Part shown: piece after piece, positions 27,777 to 36,418 of the stretch | Layout: each line of letters starts with the position of its first letter | How positions within the stretch are numbered: position 1 is the stretch's first letter | DNA from: Mycobacteriales bacterium | GTDB lineage: Bacteria; Actinomycetota; Actinomycetes; JAFAQI01 | Reading direction: 5' to 3' | Length of the DNA: 64,000 nt | Assembly (NCBI GenBank): GCA_035548055.1 | Contig: DASZTL010000002.1 | Span: 18,017-82,016 of the forward strand | Program-made: the position numbers and the translations under genes | The notes under the pieces: model-generated | Database searches by the model: none | Told to the model about the DNA's origin: nothing | What the model saw: the letters and a program-made list of their open reading frames with translations, nothing else

Positions 27777-28720
27777 TGCGAAGCGTCAGAGCGCTCACGA
27801 CGCTCTTCGTTGCCGTCTTTGTGGCGACGGCGTGCGGTCCCGGCCTGCAGGACTTCTCGATCGGGCGCAGCGTCGGTGGGCCGTCCTACCACTTGACAGC
27901 CGTCTTCGACGACGCCGCCGGATTGCCGATCGGCGGCCGGGTCGAGCTGCGTGACGTCGAGATCGGCAAGGTCACGTCGATGACCACTCATGGCTTCCGC
28001 GCCTACGTGCACCTGGTGATCCGTAAGTCAGTTCAGCTGCCGGTAGGCACCCGCGCGACGCTCGCACTGACGACTCCGCTCGGCGAGGAGTACGTGAACC
28101 TGCTGCCGCCCGCCGGGGGAGGCGGGGTCGGCTACCTCGTTGACGGCGGGGTCATCAAGGCGACGAACCGCTCGCCGGATGTCGAGGACCTGCTCTCGGC
28201 GTTCTCCGCTGTCCTCAACGGCGGCGGCATCAGTCAGATCTCGACGATCGTGCGGGAGCTCGACGCGGCGCTGCACGGCCGTGCCGCCAGGGGCAAGGCG
28301 CTGATTGCCCGCCTCAACGGCGTGCTGGGCGAGCTCAATGCGCACTCGGCGGCGATCGACGACACGCTGCAGGCACTCGCGGACGTCTCGGGCCGGCTCG
28401 CTGCGCAGCACCGTCTGTTGGTTCGGGGGCTGCGCGAGCTGCAGCCCGGCATCAAGGACCTCCACGCCGACACCGCCGCGTTCACCGAGCTGCTGACGCG
28501 ACTGTCGACCCTCGGTCTGACGGCGACACAGGTGCTCGACTCGGTGCAGGGCACTTTGCTCACCGACCTCGACGATCTTGCCCCGACGCTCGACACCCTC
28601 GTCTCGCTGCGGGGCAAGCTCGGCTCGACGTTGCAGGGTCTGCTCGACTTCGCGCGACTGCTGAACCGTGCGATCCCGGGCGACTACCTGAACCTCGTCG
28701 GAACGATCAAGGTGCCATGA
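27773..28720 (+). CDS. MCE family lipoprotein (MceE/LprK position)
   Basis: Track ORF 27695 trimmed to the ATG at 27773 (ATGA overlap). Lipobox-like LFVAVFVATAC. GRVELRDVEIGKVTSM MCE core. Confidence 0.88.
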   Translation: MMRSVRALTTLFVAVFVATACGPGLQDFSIGRSVGGPSYHLTAVFDDAAGLPIGGRVELRDVEIGKVTSMTTHGFRAYVHLVIRKSVQLPVGTRATLALTTPLGEEYVNLLPPAGGGGVGYLVDGGVIKATNRSPDVEDLLSAFSAVLNGGGISQISTIVRELDAALHGRAARGKALIARLNGVLGELNAHSAAIDDTLQALADVSGRLAAQHRLLVRGLRELQPGIKDLHADTAAFTELLTRLSTLGLTATQVLDSVQGTLLTDLDDLAPTLDTLVSLRGKLGSTLQGLLDFARLLNRAIPGDYLNLVGTIKVP

Positions 28721-29841
28721 GGACGCGACTGCCGCTCGGGCGACTCGGGCTCTTCGGTGCCGTAGGCGCGGTGTGTCTTGCCTACGTGATGTTCAGCGTG
28801 GTCGGCTCACAGACGTTCCGGGGGAGCTACCGCGTCGTCGTCGAGATGCCCGAGACCGGGGGCCTGTTCCCCGGAAGCCAGGTCACCTATCGCGGTGTCC
28901 CCATCGGGACGGTCAGCTCGATCGACATCACGAGCCGCGGCGTGGCCGCCAACATCGACATCCACGACTCGGTGCGGATCCCCACGGCCACGAAGGCGGT
29001 CGTCGCCGACCGCTCGCCGGCGGGCGAGCAGTACCTCGACATGCAACCGGCGGGGTCCGGTCCGCCCTACCTGCGGGATGGCTCGGTCATCGCACCCGCC
29101 GACACGGCGCGACCGCCGTCACTGGCCGGCTTGCTCAGCGCGGTCACTTCATTCGCCAACTCGGTAGATCTCGACGATCTGCGTACCGTCTTCCGCGAGC
29201 TGAACGTCGCCTTCGAGGGGACCGGGCCGGCGCTCGGTGCGCTGATCGACCACAGCGCGAGACTTGTCGCACAGCTCGAGGCGGTCACGCCGCAGACGGT
29301 CGATCTCCTGCGCTCCGCCGGCACGCTGCTGGACACCCAGGTTGGGCACAACGACGACCTGCGGTCATTCGCGAAGTCGTTGCGCTTGCTCTCGGACACG
29401 ATTCGTGCTGACAACCCGAAGACGGCGAGACTGATCGAGGCGTCGCTCGAGGCGACGCAAGAGGTCGCACCCGTTCTGGTCAACGACTCGCATGACATCG
29501 GGATCCTGCTCGCCAACCTGGTGACGACCGGCCAGATCGCGGTCGCCCGACTGCCCGGGCTCAAGGCGCTCGTGCTGGCGTTGCCCGACGGCCTGCACGC
29601 GCTCGCGGCGTCGGTGCACGGCGACCACGTGATGTTCAAGCTGCTCGATCAGCCGGGCACCTTCTGTGCGTACCCGCACACCCGCCGGCGCACGCCGTTC
29701 GATCCGCGCCGGGGGCCACCGATCACCAACGGATACTGCACCAACCCGCTGCCGATCCAACAGCAGCGAGGTGCCGCCAACGCCCCCCGACCACCTGGCG
29801 ACGACACTTGGCGTGCCGCCTATACGACAGGAGCACGATGA
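28717..29841 (+). CDS. MCE family protein (MceF position)
   Basis: ATGA overlap with mceE. N-terminal TM helix and SQVTYRGVPIGTVSSI MCE core. Confidence 0.9.
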   Translation: MRTRLPLGRLGLFGAVGAVCLAYVMFSVVGSQTFRGSYRVVVEMPETGGLFPGSQVTYRGVPIGTVSSIDITSRGVAANIDIHDSVRIPTATKAVVADRSPAGEQYLDMQPAGSGPPYLRDGSVIAPADTARPPSLAGLLSAVTSFANSVDLDDLRTVFRELNVAFEGTGPALGALIDHSARLVAQLEAVTPQTVDLLRSAGTLLDTQVGHNDDLRSFAKSLRLLSDTIRADNPKTARLIEASLEATQEVAPVLVNDSHDIGILLANLVTTGQIAVARLPGLKALVLALPDGLHALAASVHGDHVMFKLLDQPGTFCAYPHTRRRTPFDPRRGPPITNGYCTNPLPIQQQRGAANAPRPPGDDTWRAAYTTGAR

Positions 29842-30326
29842 ACACCCGCGCGATGCTTGGTGGCGCCACCGCCACCGTGATGATCGTGGGCGCGATCGCG
29901 GCGAGTGTGCGCACTCACGACCTCGCCGGTGACAAGTCGAGGCTCGAGCACAGCCTCTCGGCGTACGAGCTGTCGGCGCTGCAAGCCGCCCGCAGCTACG
30001 CGACGACCTTTGCGACGTACCGGTATGACGACCTCGACGCGGACTTCGCGGCCACCGAGGCGCACTCCGTCGACCCGTTCCTCTCGCAGTACCGGAGTAC
30101 GACGGGGCAGCTGCGGGACACGCTGACGAAGGCACGGGCTACCTCGTCGGCGAAGATCATCAGCGCCGGCCTTGCTGCCATCAGCTCGGGCCAGGCAGTC
30201 GTCGACCTGTTCCTCGATCAGACGATCGTCAACGCCAGGGGTTCACACGAGGACGCGCAGCGAGTCGAGATGACGCTGGTCCGCCGGGACGACCGGTGGG
30301 TGATCAGCAACGTGGTGTTGCCCTGA
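29838..30326 (+). CDS. Mce-associated membrane protein (Mas/Mam-like)
   Basis: Track ORF 29808 trimmed to the ATG at 29838 (AGGAG 4 nt upstream, ATGA overlap with mceF). One TM helix followed by an SnoaL-like tail (DRWVISNVVLP), as in Mce-associated proteins. Confidence 0.8.
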   Translation: MNTRAMLGGATATVMIVGAIAASVRTHDLAGDKSRLEHSLSAYELSALQAARSYATTFATYRYDDLDADFAATEAHSVDPFLSQYRSTTGQLRDTLTKARATSSAKIISAGLAAISSGQAVVDLFLDQTIVNARGSHEDAQRVEMTLVRRDDRWVISNVVLP

Positions 30327-30352
30327 CCCCCCCACCCGCCCGCGTTTCGCCT

Positions 30353-30423
30353 GGGCAATGTGGCATTGCCCACGTGATTCCGCGGATTTGGGGCCGATTC
30401 GTGGGGGCAATGCCACATTGCCC
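30353..30423. repeat. Pair of 19-nt self-complementary elements forming a long inverted repeat between convergent genes
   Basis: 30353-30371 is GGGCAATGTGGCATTGCCC and 30405-30423 is GGGCAATGCCACATTGCCC. The two are exact reverse complements. Each is also an 8-bp stem with a 3-nt loop. Confidence 0.8.
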
Positions 30424-30440
30424 ACACGCACACGGATCGG

Positions 30441-31010
30441 CTAGCCGGTGAGCTGCTTTGCGACGGCGTTCATCAGCGGCAGCAGATCGACCTCGGAGAA
30501 CGCCGCCACCTCGGTGGCGATTCGCTCCCGCATGTAGCGAGCGATGTGCTTTCGCAGCTCGCGTTCCACGATGCCGGAACGTGCCAGCACGCGTGCCTGA
30601 ATGCCCTTGGGGCGGATGTCGACGTCGACGTCTCGGTAGGTCGGCGAATCCGGAACGACGCACAACGAAAGCGGCGGCGCGAGCACGACGGTGAAGGCCA
30701 CGCGAACGGTCGCGTCGACATCGAAGTGATGCTTGGTGCCCGCGGCGGTGACGTCGACATCGAGTGCCGCCGGAATGGAAACCTGGTAGCCGAGCGGGTC
30801 CGGTGTGGTGACGAGCACGGACGGTTCCCCGATTCGGCCGACCGCGTGAGCGGTGGCAACGCCGCCCGGACCGGCCTCCACCGGGCCGACACGGACGGCC
30901 TCGCCGGTGATGGCGTAGATGACGGCGCTGATCCGTTGCGCGTTCACGGCCTCACGCACGAAAGCCTCGCCGAACTCCGCATAGGACATTCGTTGGACTT
31001 CGACGGTCAC
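30441..31010 (-). CDS. Hypothetical protein (189 aa) co-transcribed with a TetR regulator
   Basis: Only the 3' part of track ORF 30441..31976 looks coding. The GTG at 31010 overlaps the TetR stop (GTGA); an alternative ATG lies at 30989. The sequence VTVEVQRMSYAEFGEAFVREAVN... has normal composition, whereas the upstream 320 codons are Arg/Pro-rich. Confidence 0.6.
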   Translation of the reverse strand: MTVEVQRMSYAEFGEAFVREAVNAQRISAVIYAITGEAVRVGPVEAGPGGVATAHAVGRIGEPSVLVTTPDPLGYQVSIPAALDVDVTAAGTKHHFDVDATVRVAFTVVLAPPLSLCVVPDSPTYRDVDVDIRPKGIQARVLARSGIVERELRKHIARYMRERIATEVAAFSEVDLLPLMNAVAKQLTG

Positions 31011-31624
31011 TGCAGACCCTCCATGAAGCGGGCAACCTCGCGGTCGCGGATCGCGGTCACCGACAGGGCGGCGTAGAGCTGGCTGAGCAGGAAGTCCTCG
31101 ACGGTGCGCCGTGGCAGGTCGCGGTGCGTCAGCCAGTCCGCGGCGGCCGCCTCCGCCGCCGCTATCCAGGTGCTGAGAGCCAACCGCGCCTCCGGGCTGA
31201 CCTTGCGAAGGCCCATGCCCTCCACCAGCCGGTCGTGAAGTGCCGCGCGCACCTCGTCGACGATCGATCCGATCGCGCCGTCCTGGGCGCCGGGATGTCC
31301 GGTGAGCAGGGCCTGGAAGCCGGTGGCGTGCTCCTCGGCGAAGTCGAAGAAGCGGCGGATCGCCTCGACGAGCCGGTCCAGCGGCGGGGCGTCGTGCGGC
31401 GGGTCGAGCAACGCCAGCATCTGGTCGGCGGCGGTTCGCATCGCGGCGACGTAGATCTCGTTGCGGCCGCCGAAGTATCGGTAGGCGAGGGCGCGGGAGA
31501 CGCCCGCTTGTGCGGCGACGTCGTCGAGCGTCACCTCCGCGGCGGGGCGGGCGCTGAACAGCTCGAGCGCGGCGGCGATGAGCTCCTGCCGCCGGTCGGC
31601 TATTGAAAGTCGGCGCCGTGTCAT
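31007..31624 (-). CDS. TetR family transcriptional regulator
   Basis: 205 aa. HTH region RRQELIAAALELFSARPAAEVTLDDVAAQAGVSRALAYRYF. Confidence 0.9.
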   Translation of the reverse strand: MTRRRLSIADRRQELIAAALELFSARPAAEVTLDDVAAQAGVSRALAYRYFGGRNEIYVAAMRTAADQMLALLDPPHDAPPLDRLVEAIRRFFDFAEEHATGFQALLTGHPGAQDGAIGSIVDEVRAALHDRLVEGMGLRKVSPEARLALSTWIAAAEAAAADWLTHRDLPRRTVEDFLLSQLYAALSVTAIRDREVARFMEGLQ

Positions 31625-31627
31625 TAT

Positions 31628-31642
31628 TAGATTGGCAGTCTA
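31628..31642. promoter_or_regulatory. Putative TetR operator (imperfect 15-bp palindrome) in a 31-bp divergent spacer
   Basis: TAGATTGGCAGTCTA: 6 of 7 arm positions are complementary. It sits in the AT-rich segment between the start codons at 31624 and 31656. Confidence 0.4.
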
Positions 31643-31655
31643 CTAGTCCGAATCG

Positions 31656-33434
31656 ATGTTCGGGGTGATTGGCATGGCGGTGGCGACCTTCTTCGTCGAG
31701 TCCGCTGGGGTGAAGCTCGCCGTCCACGAACGCGGTCATCGGGACGCTCCCACGGTTCTGCTCGTCCACGGCTATCCCGATACCTCCGCGACGTGGGAGT
31801 CGGTAGCCGAGGAGCTCGCCCACCGGTTCCATGTCGTGACCTACGACGTGCGCGGTGCGGGCGAGTCGGACCGGCCACGCCGGAAGTCGGCGTACAAGCT
31901 GGATTTGCTGGCGGCGGACATCCGGGCGGTCGCGGACGCCGTCTCGCCACATGCGCCGGTCCACCTCGTCGGTCACGACTGGGGCTCGGTGCAGGGCTGG
32001 GAGGCGATCACGGATCCGGAGATGCAGTCACGGTTCGCGTCGTACACGTCGATCTCGGGACCGGCACTTGATCACGCCGCCGCGTGGGTTCGCGCCCGAC
32101 TGACTCCCCGTGGTCTGCCGGCCGTGCTCAAGCAGTCACTGAAGTCCTGGTACATGAACCTGATGCACATCCCGGGCCTGATGCCGGTGATGTGGCGGAT
32201 CGGAATGGCGAAGTCCTTCGAGCCCGCCGTGCGTCGGATCGAAGGGTTGCCCAAGCGTGAGGGCGACGCATGGCCGGCACCGACACTCGCCAAGGACGGC
32301 GGTCGCGGCGTGCTGATCTACCGCGCGAACATCCTCCCCGGCCTTCGCCACCCCCGAGAGCGCCGCACGACGGTGCCGGTGCATGTGATCGCGCCGACCG
32401 GCGACCGCTACATCTCGCCGGAGCTTGCGACGTCGGACCTGGCGCAATGGACCGATCGGCTGTGGGTACGACGGGTGCGGGCCGGCCACTGGGTGCAGCA
32501 CAAGTCACCGCACGGGGTGGCGCAAGCGATCACGGATCTCGTGACCCACCTCGAGGGCGAGCCGGAGTCCCGGTCGCTGAGGCGCTACCGAGTCGGCGAA
32601 GCGGGCGCGAAGCCGGCCGGGGAGTTCGCCAACCAGCTCGTGGTCGTGACCGGAGCGGGCAGCGGCATCGGGCGGGAGACGGCGCTTGCGTTCGGCCGGC
32701 TTGGTGCGGAGGTCGTCATCGCGGACCTCAACGAGAACGCCGGTGAGGAGACCGCATCCGAGCTGCGCGTCGCGGGGGCGAGGGCGCACTCCTATCAGGT
32801 CGACGTCGCCGACCTCGCGTCGATGGAGGACTTCGCGAAGCGGGTCGTCGCCGATCACGGCGTGCCGGACATCGTCGTGAACAACGCGGGCATCGGCATC
32901 GCCGGTCGCTTCCTCGACACCACCGCCGCGGACTGGGAGCGGATCGTCGACATCAATCTGCTCGGCGTCGTGCACGGCTGTCGCCTGTTCGGGGCCGCAA
33001 TGGCTGACCGCCTCGAAGGCGGCTACATCGTCAACGTTGCCTCCGCCGCGGCATTCACGCCGAGCCGGATGCTGGCGGCGTACTCGGCCACGAAGGCAGC
33101 GGTGCTGATGCTGTCCGAGTCGATCTCAGCGGAGTTCGGCGACTACGGGATCGGCGTCTCGGCGATCTGCCCGGGCCTGATCAACACCCCTATCACGACC
33201 TCTACGCGGTACGTCGGGGTCAGCGACACCGAGAGCCGTGAGGCCGGCAAGAAGATGGCCAAGCGGTACGCCCGCCGCAACTACCCGCCGTCGAAGGTTG
33301 CCGACGCGATCGTCAAGGCCGTGCGCGAGCGCAGGCCCGTCGTACCCGTCACTCCTGAGGCGGTGGGCGCACGCATCATGTCGCGGCTGTCGCCGGGCTT
33401 CATGCGCCGACTGGCCCGGGTCGAGGTGAAGTGA
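31656..33434 (+). CDS. Bifunctional alpha/beta (epoxide-hydrolase-like) hydrolase plus short-chain dehydrogenase fusion, EphD-like
   Basis: 592 aa. N-terminal half has LLVHGYPD and HLVGHDWGS (Asp nucleophile). C-terminal half has VVTGAGSGIGRE, NNAGIG and YSATKAA (SDR). The architecture and length match my recollection of mycobacterial EphD (from memory, not checked here). An alternative start lies at 31674. Confidence 0.82.
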   Translation: MFGVIGMAVATFFVESAGVKLAVHERGHRDAPTVLLVHGYPDTSATWESVAEELAHRFHVVTYDVRGAGESDRPRRKSAYKLDLLAADIRAVADAVSPHAPVHLVGHDWGSVQGWEAITDPEMQSRFASYTSISGPALDHAAAWVRARLTPRGLPAVLKQSLKSWYMNLMHIPGLMPVMWRIGMAKSFEPAVRRIEGLPKREGDAWPAPTLAKDGGRGVLIYRANILPGLRHPRERRTTVPVHVIAPTGDRYISPELATSDLAQWTDRLWVRRVRAGHWVQHKSPHGVAQAITDLVTHLEGEPESRSLRRYRVGEAGAKPAGEFANQLVVVTGAGSGIGRETALAFGRLGAEVVIADLNENAGEETASELRVAGARAHSYQVDVADLASMEDFAKRVVADHGVPDIVVNNAGIGIAGRFLDTTAADWERIVDINLLGVVHGCRLFGAAMADRLEGGYIVNVASAAAFTPSRMLAAYSATKAAVLMLSESISAEFGDYGIGVSAICPGLINTPITTSTRYVGVSDTESREAGKKMAKRYARRNYPPSKVADAIVKAVRERRPVVPVTPEAVGARIMSRLSPGFMRRLARVEVK

Positions 33435-34288
33435 CGCATCAGATCAAGCCGCGTCGGGTCAGCTTTGACTGGGAGCCGACCCCGCTGGCGTGGATCCCCG
33501 GTGAGCCGGTCACGTCGCACATCATCGACGTGCTGCATCTGCTCTTGCCCGCGGGCGAACGCTGGTTCGTTCATGTCTACAAGCAGGCCATGCCGCTGAT
33601 CGAGGACGAGCAGCTCAAGGCCGACGTCAAGGGGTTCATGGGCCAGGAAGCCGTCCACTCCCGTGCGCATGCAGCCGTCCTCGACCACTTGCGCGACAAC
33701 GGCCTGAACCCGGATCCGTTCACCCGCCGCATCGACTGGCTGTTCAACAAGCTGCTCGGTGACGACTCGATGCGGCTGATCCCGCGGAAGCGATGGCTGC
33801 TCGAGCGGGTGGCGATCATCGCCGCGATCGAGCACTACACCGCAGTGCTCGGCGCCTGGATCCTCGACTCGCCCGCACTCGATGCGGCCAAGGCGGATGC
33901 GACGATGCTCGACCTGCTGCGCTGGCATGGCGCCGAAGAAGTCGAGCACCGCAGCGTCGCGTTCGACGTGTTCCGCGAGGTCAGCAACTCCTGGTTCGCG
34001 CGGCTGCGCACGATGGTCGTCTCCGCTGCCGCGATGGCCTACCTGTGGCGGCGCGGGATGCGTTACCTGTGCGGCGCCGATCCGACGTACACCGGCCCGA
34101 TGCCCAAGTTCGCCGACTTCCGCCGGGCCGCGAAGAAGGGCCTGCTCCCGATGCCTTCGCTGCTGGTGTTTGCCATCCCGCGCTACTGCAAGGCGAGCTA
34201 CCACCCCTCACAAGAAGCCGACACGGCCGTCGCACTCGAGTACCTGGCGAGGTCGCCAGCGGCGGTCGCGGCCGGCTACGCGGCGTGA
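33431..34288 (+). CDS. Predicted metal-dependent hydrolase (PF10118-like), paralog 1
   Basis: 285 aa. VKGFMGQEAVHSRAH and WHGAEEVEHRSVAFDVF motifs. GTGA overlap with the EphD-like gene. Confidence 0.72.
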   Translation: MTHQIKPRRVSFDWEPTPLAWIPGEPVTSHIIDVLHLLLPAGERWFVHVYKQAMPLIEDEQLKADVKGFMGQEAVHSRAHAAVLDHLRDNGLNPDPFTRRIDWLFNKLLGDDSMRLIPRKRWLLERVAIIAAIEHYTAVLGAWILDSPALDAAKADATMLDLLRWHGAEEVEHRSVAFDVFREVSNSWFARLRTMVVSAAAMAYLWRRGMRYLCGADPTYTGPMPKFADFRRAAKKGLLPMPSLLVFAIPRYCKASYHPSQEADTAVALEYLARSPAAVAAGYAA

Positions 34289-35503
34289 CTATCTGAACTG
34301 GCAGTAGATGTTCGCTTCTGTCGCCCGGTTGGGTCGGACGACAACGGCATGCGGTGCCACGCACCGGTCATGGTGCCCGTTGACTTTGGCGTATGCGCTG
34401 CCGCCCCTGAGGGTGTAGGTGCCGCGTGGCGCGGAGAACGAGAAGGCGCCGGCGCCGTCCGTCCGACGGTGGGCGACGACCCGACCATCTCGGGCGAGCG
34501 TGAGGTGGCCGTAGATGTGTGCGGGTCTGCTCCGAGCCGGACCTCCCACGCCGAGCAGATGCCCATGAATCAAGCCGCGATCGACGAGGAACGCCAGGCG
34601 GAGGATTCGCTGGAACTCGGCGGTGGGCTCGAGGCCGGTCAGCGAGAGGCCGTCGCGCACCACGCTGAGACCAGAGCAGCTACCTCCGGGGTACTGCAGC
34701 TTCCAGGTGTGCCCTGCTGACCTGATGATGATCCGGAAGGACCACGACGGACCGATACCTCCGATGCATGTCGCGGGCGGGTGAGTGGGGGAGGCGTTGA
34801 AGGCTGTCGTGAGAGCGCGCGACGCGGCTGGGGTGAACGAGATCGTTCGCGCTGACTGGACCACCCCGTTCAACGTGTGTCTGGTCTTCGTGACGACCAC
34901 GTGGCTCGCGGCCACCGGGATCGTCTCAGCGCCAACCCGCACCGGGTGCGCCGCGGCCTCAGCAAAGGCTGCGACGATCACGCGCCGGCGGGTGAGCTTC
35001 TCCATCTCCATGTAGAGCTCGACGTCGGCGACATAGGCCGGTGGGTGAGTTGGGTCCCAGTGAAGAAAGCCCTGGCCGGGCGGATTCTCGGCCCGCGAGG
35101 TCGGGAGGCCATGGCCTGACAGCGTCAGGCCTGGCGAATGGATCCTCTTGAGGGCGCGGTAGACGGCGTCGGAGGACCCGGCGACCGTCCAGTAACGCGC
35201 GCGAACGACCAGGTTCCCGACGCCGATCGTCTCGTCGGGAGCGCGAAGATCCTTCGGGGGTGCGCCGGTGAACGGAACCTCGCCGGGAAGGTGCGGTGCG
35301 TGCGCGGCCAGGCGGTCGGCGTACCGGATCGTCTGGTGGTCGCGTTGCTGAACCTGAGCGAGATAGGAAGCCGAGGTCGGGGTTGGTGCCATCGGCGCTG
35401 CGGCGAGCGCCTTCGACTCGCGAGTGGCATCGCCACTTCCGCTGCACGCTGCCGCCGCTAGCAGGGCGATCGCGATTGCGATCCCGACGCGGGAAGGTTT
35501 CAT
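34289..35503 (-). CDS. Probable lipoprotein with C-terminal carboxypeptidase-regulatory-like beta-sandwich
   Basis: 404 aa. MKPSRVGIAIAIALLAAAACSGSG (signal plus Cys). The C-terminal 95 aa or so are paralogous to the next gene and end in YCQFR. Confidence 0.65.
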   Translation of the reverse strand: MKPSRVGIAIAIALLAAAACSGSGDATRESKALAAAPMAPTPTSASYLAQVQQRDHQTIRYADRLAAHAPHLPGEVPFTGAPPKDLRAPDETIGVGNLVVRARYWTVAGSSDAVYRALKRIHSPGLTLSGHGLPTSRAENPPGQGFLHWDPTHPPAYVADVELYMEMEKLTRRRVIVAAFAEAAAHPVRVGAETIPVAASHVVVTKTRHTLNGVVQSARTISFTPAASRALTTAFNASPTHPPATCIGGIGPSWSFRIIIRSAGHTWKLQYPGGSCSGLSVVRDGLSLTGLEPTAEFQRILRLAFLVDRGLIHGHLLGVGGPARSRPAHIYGHLTLARDGRVVAHRRTDGAGAFSFSAPRGTYTLRGGSAYAKVNGHHDRCVAPHAVVVRPNRATEANIYCQFR

Positions 35504-35506
35504 CGC

Positions 35507-35962
35507 CTACCTGCGCTGACAGTACGTATCGAGGTGCGTGATCTTCCCGACGCGCACCGTCACGGGGTGGGAGGCGCGACAAGGCGCTCGCTCACCGTTG
35601 ACGTGGAACTGGGGCGTGTGCCCCACCAAGGTGTAGCGGCCGGGCGAGATCCCGAACGAGTACGTGCCGTTCCTCGGGACTTTCACGCTCATCGCCGCCT
35701 GACCGTCGGGTCGCAGGACGTCGATCCGGCCGCGCTGCGGCGACGGCAGCGCGCCTGCAGGTCCGCCGACAGCGAGGAACATACCGGTGATCACGCCGTG
35801 GGCGCCGACCGACGGCTTCTGTACCGGTACGCCGGGATGGGTCCGCACGGCCGGCCCGCCGCTGCTGCAGCCGGCAAGGGCAGCAGCGGCGAGCCCGACG
35901 GTGAGTGCTCTGGTGGCGACCGTCACGACCATGAGACGCCGCCCGGGCTCGGTCGGTTGCAA
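35507..35962 (-). CDS. Small probable lipoprotein carrying the same C-terminal beta-sandwich domain
   Basis: 151 aa. LAAAALAGCSSGG lipobox. Ends in YCQRR. An alternative ATG lies at 35932. Confidence 0.65.
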   Translation of the reverse strand: MQPTEPGRRLMVVTVATRALTVGLAAAALAGCSSGGPAVRTHPGVPVQKPSVGAHGVITGMFLAVGGPAGALPSPQRGRIDVLRPDGQAAMSVKVPRNGTYSFGISPGRYTLVGHTPQFHVNGERAPCRASHPVTVRVGKITHLDTYCQRR

Positions 35963-35983
35963 TCAGCGTGACAGGCTCGGGCC

Positions 35984-36376
35984 ATGGAAGCCGAGCTGAA
36001 CGTCCTGGGTGAGCCGCTCGAGCCGTGCGGCACCGACCCGGTGACCGGCTTCTACCGGGACGGCAACTGCAACTGCGGTCCCGAGGACGTCGGGAACCAC
36101 TCGGTGTGTGCCGTGGTGACCCGCGAGTTCCTCGCCCACCAGGTCGCGGTCGGCAACGACCTCGTCACGCCGCGCCCGGAGTGGCACTTCCCAGGCCTCG
36201 TGCCCGGCGACCGCTGGTGCGTCGTTGCGGCTCGTTGGCTGCAGGCGCACCTCGACGGCATGGCATGTCCCGTCGTACTCGCATCCACCAACCAACGCGC
36301 GCTGGACATCGTGCCGCTCGACATCCTCCAGCAGTATGCCGCTGACGTGCCGGGAGACCTGAGCGACCTGCTTTGA
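35984..36376 (+). CDS. DUF2237 family protein
   Basis: 130 aa. LNVLGEPLEPCGTDPVTGFYRDGNCNCGPEDVGNHSVCAVV is the characteristic DUF2237 N-terminus. Confidence 0.8.
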   Translation: MEAELNVLGEPLEPCGTDPVTGFYRDGNCNCGPEDVGNHSVCAVVTREFLAHQVAVGNDLVTPRPEWHFPGLVPGDRWCVVAARWLQAHLDGMACPVVLASTNQRALDIVPLDILQQYAADVPGDLSDLL

Positions 36377-36418
36377 TGGCGGCGTGAGGCCGCTTGCTCA
36401 CGCGGTGCTCGCCGACGA

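Noticed and set aside
31011-31976. N-terminal 320 codons of track ORF 30441..31976
   Set aside because: This part overlaps the TetR gene on the same strand in another frame and the EphD-like gene on the opposite strand. It is Arg/Pro-rich. Only the 3' 189 codons look like a gene.
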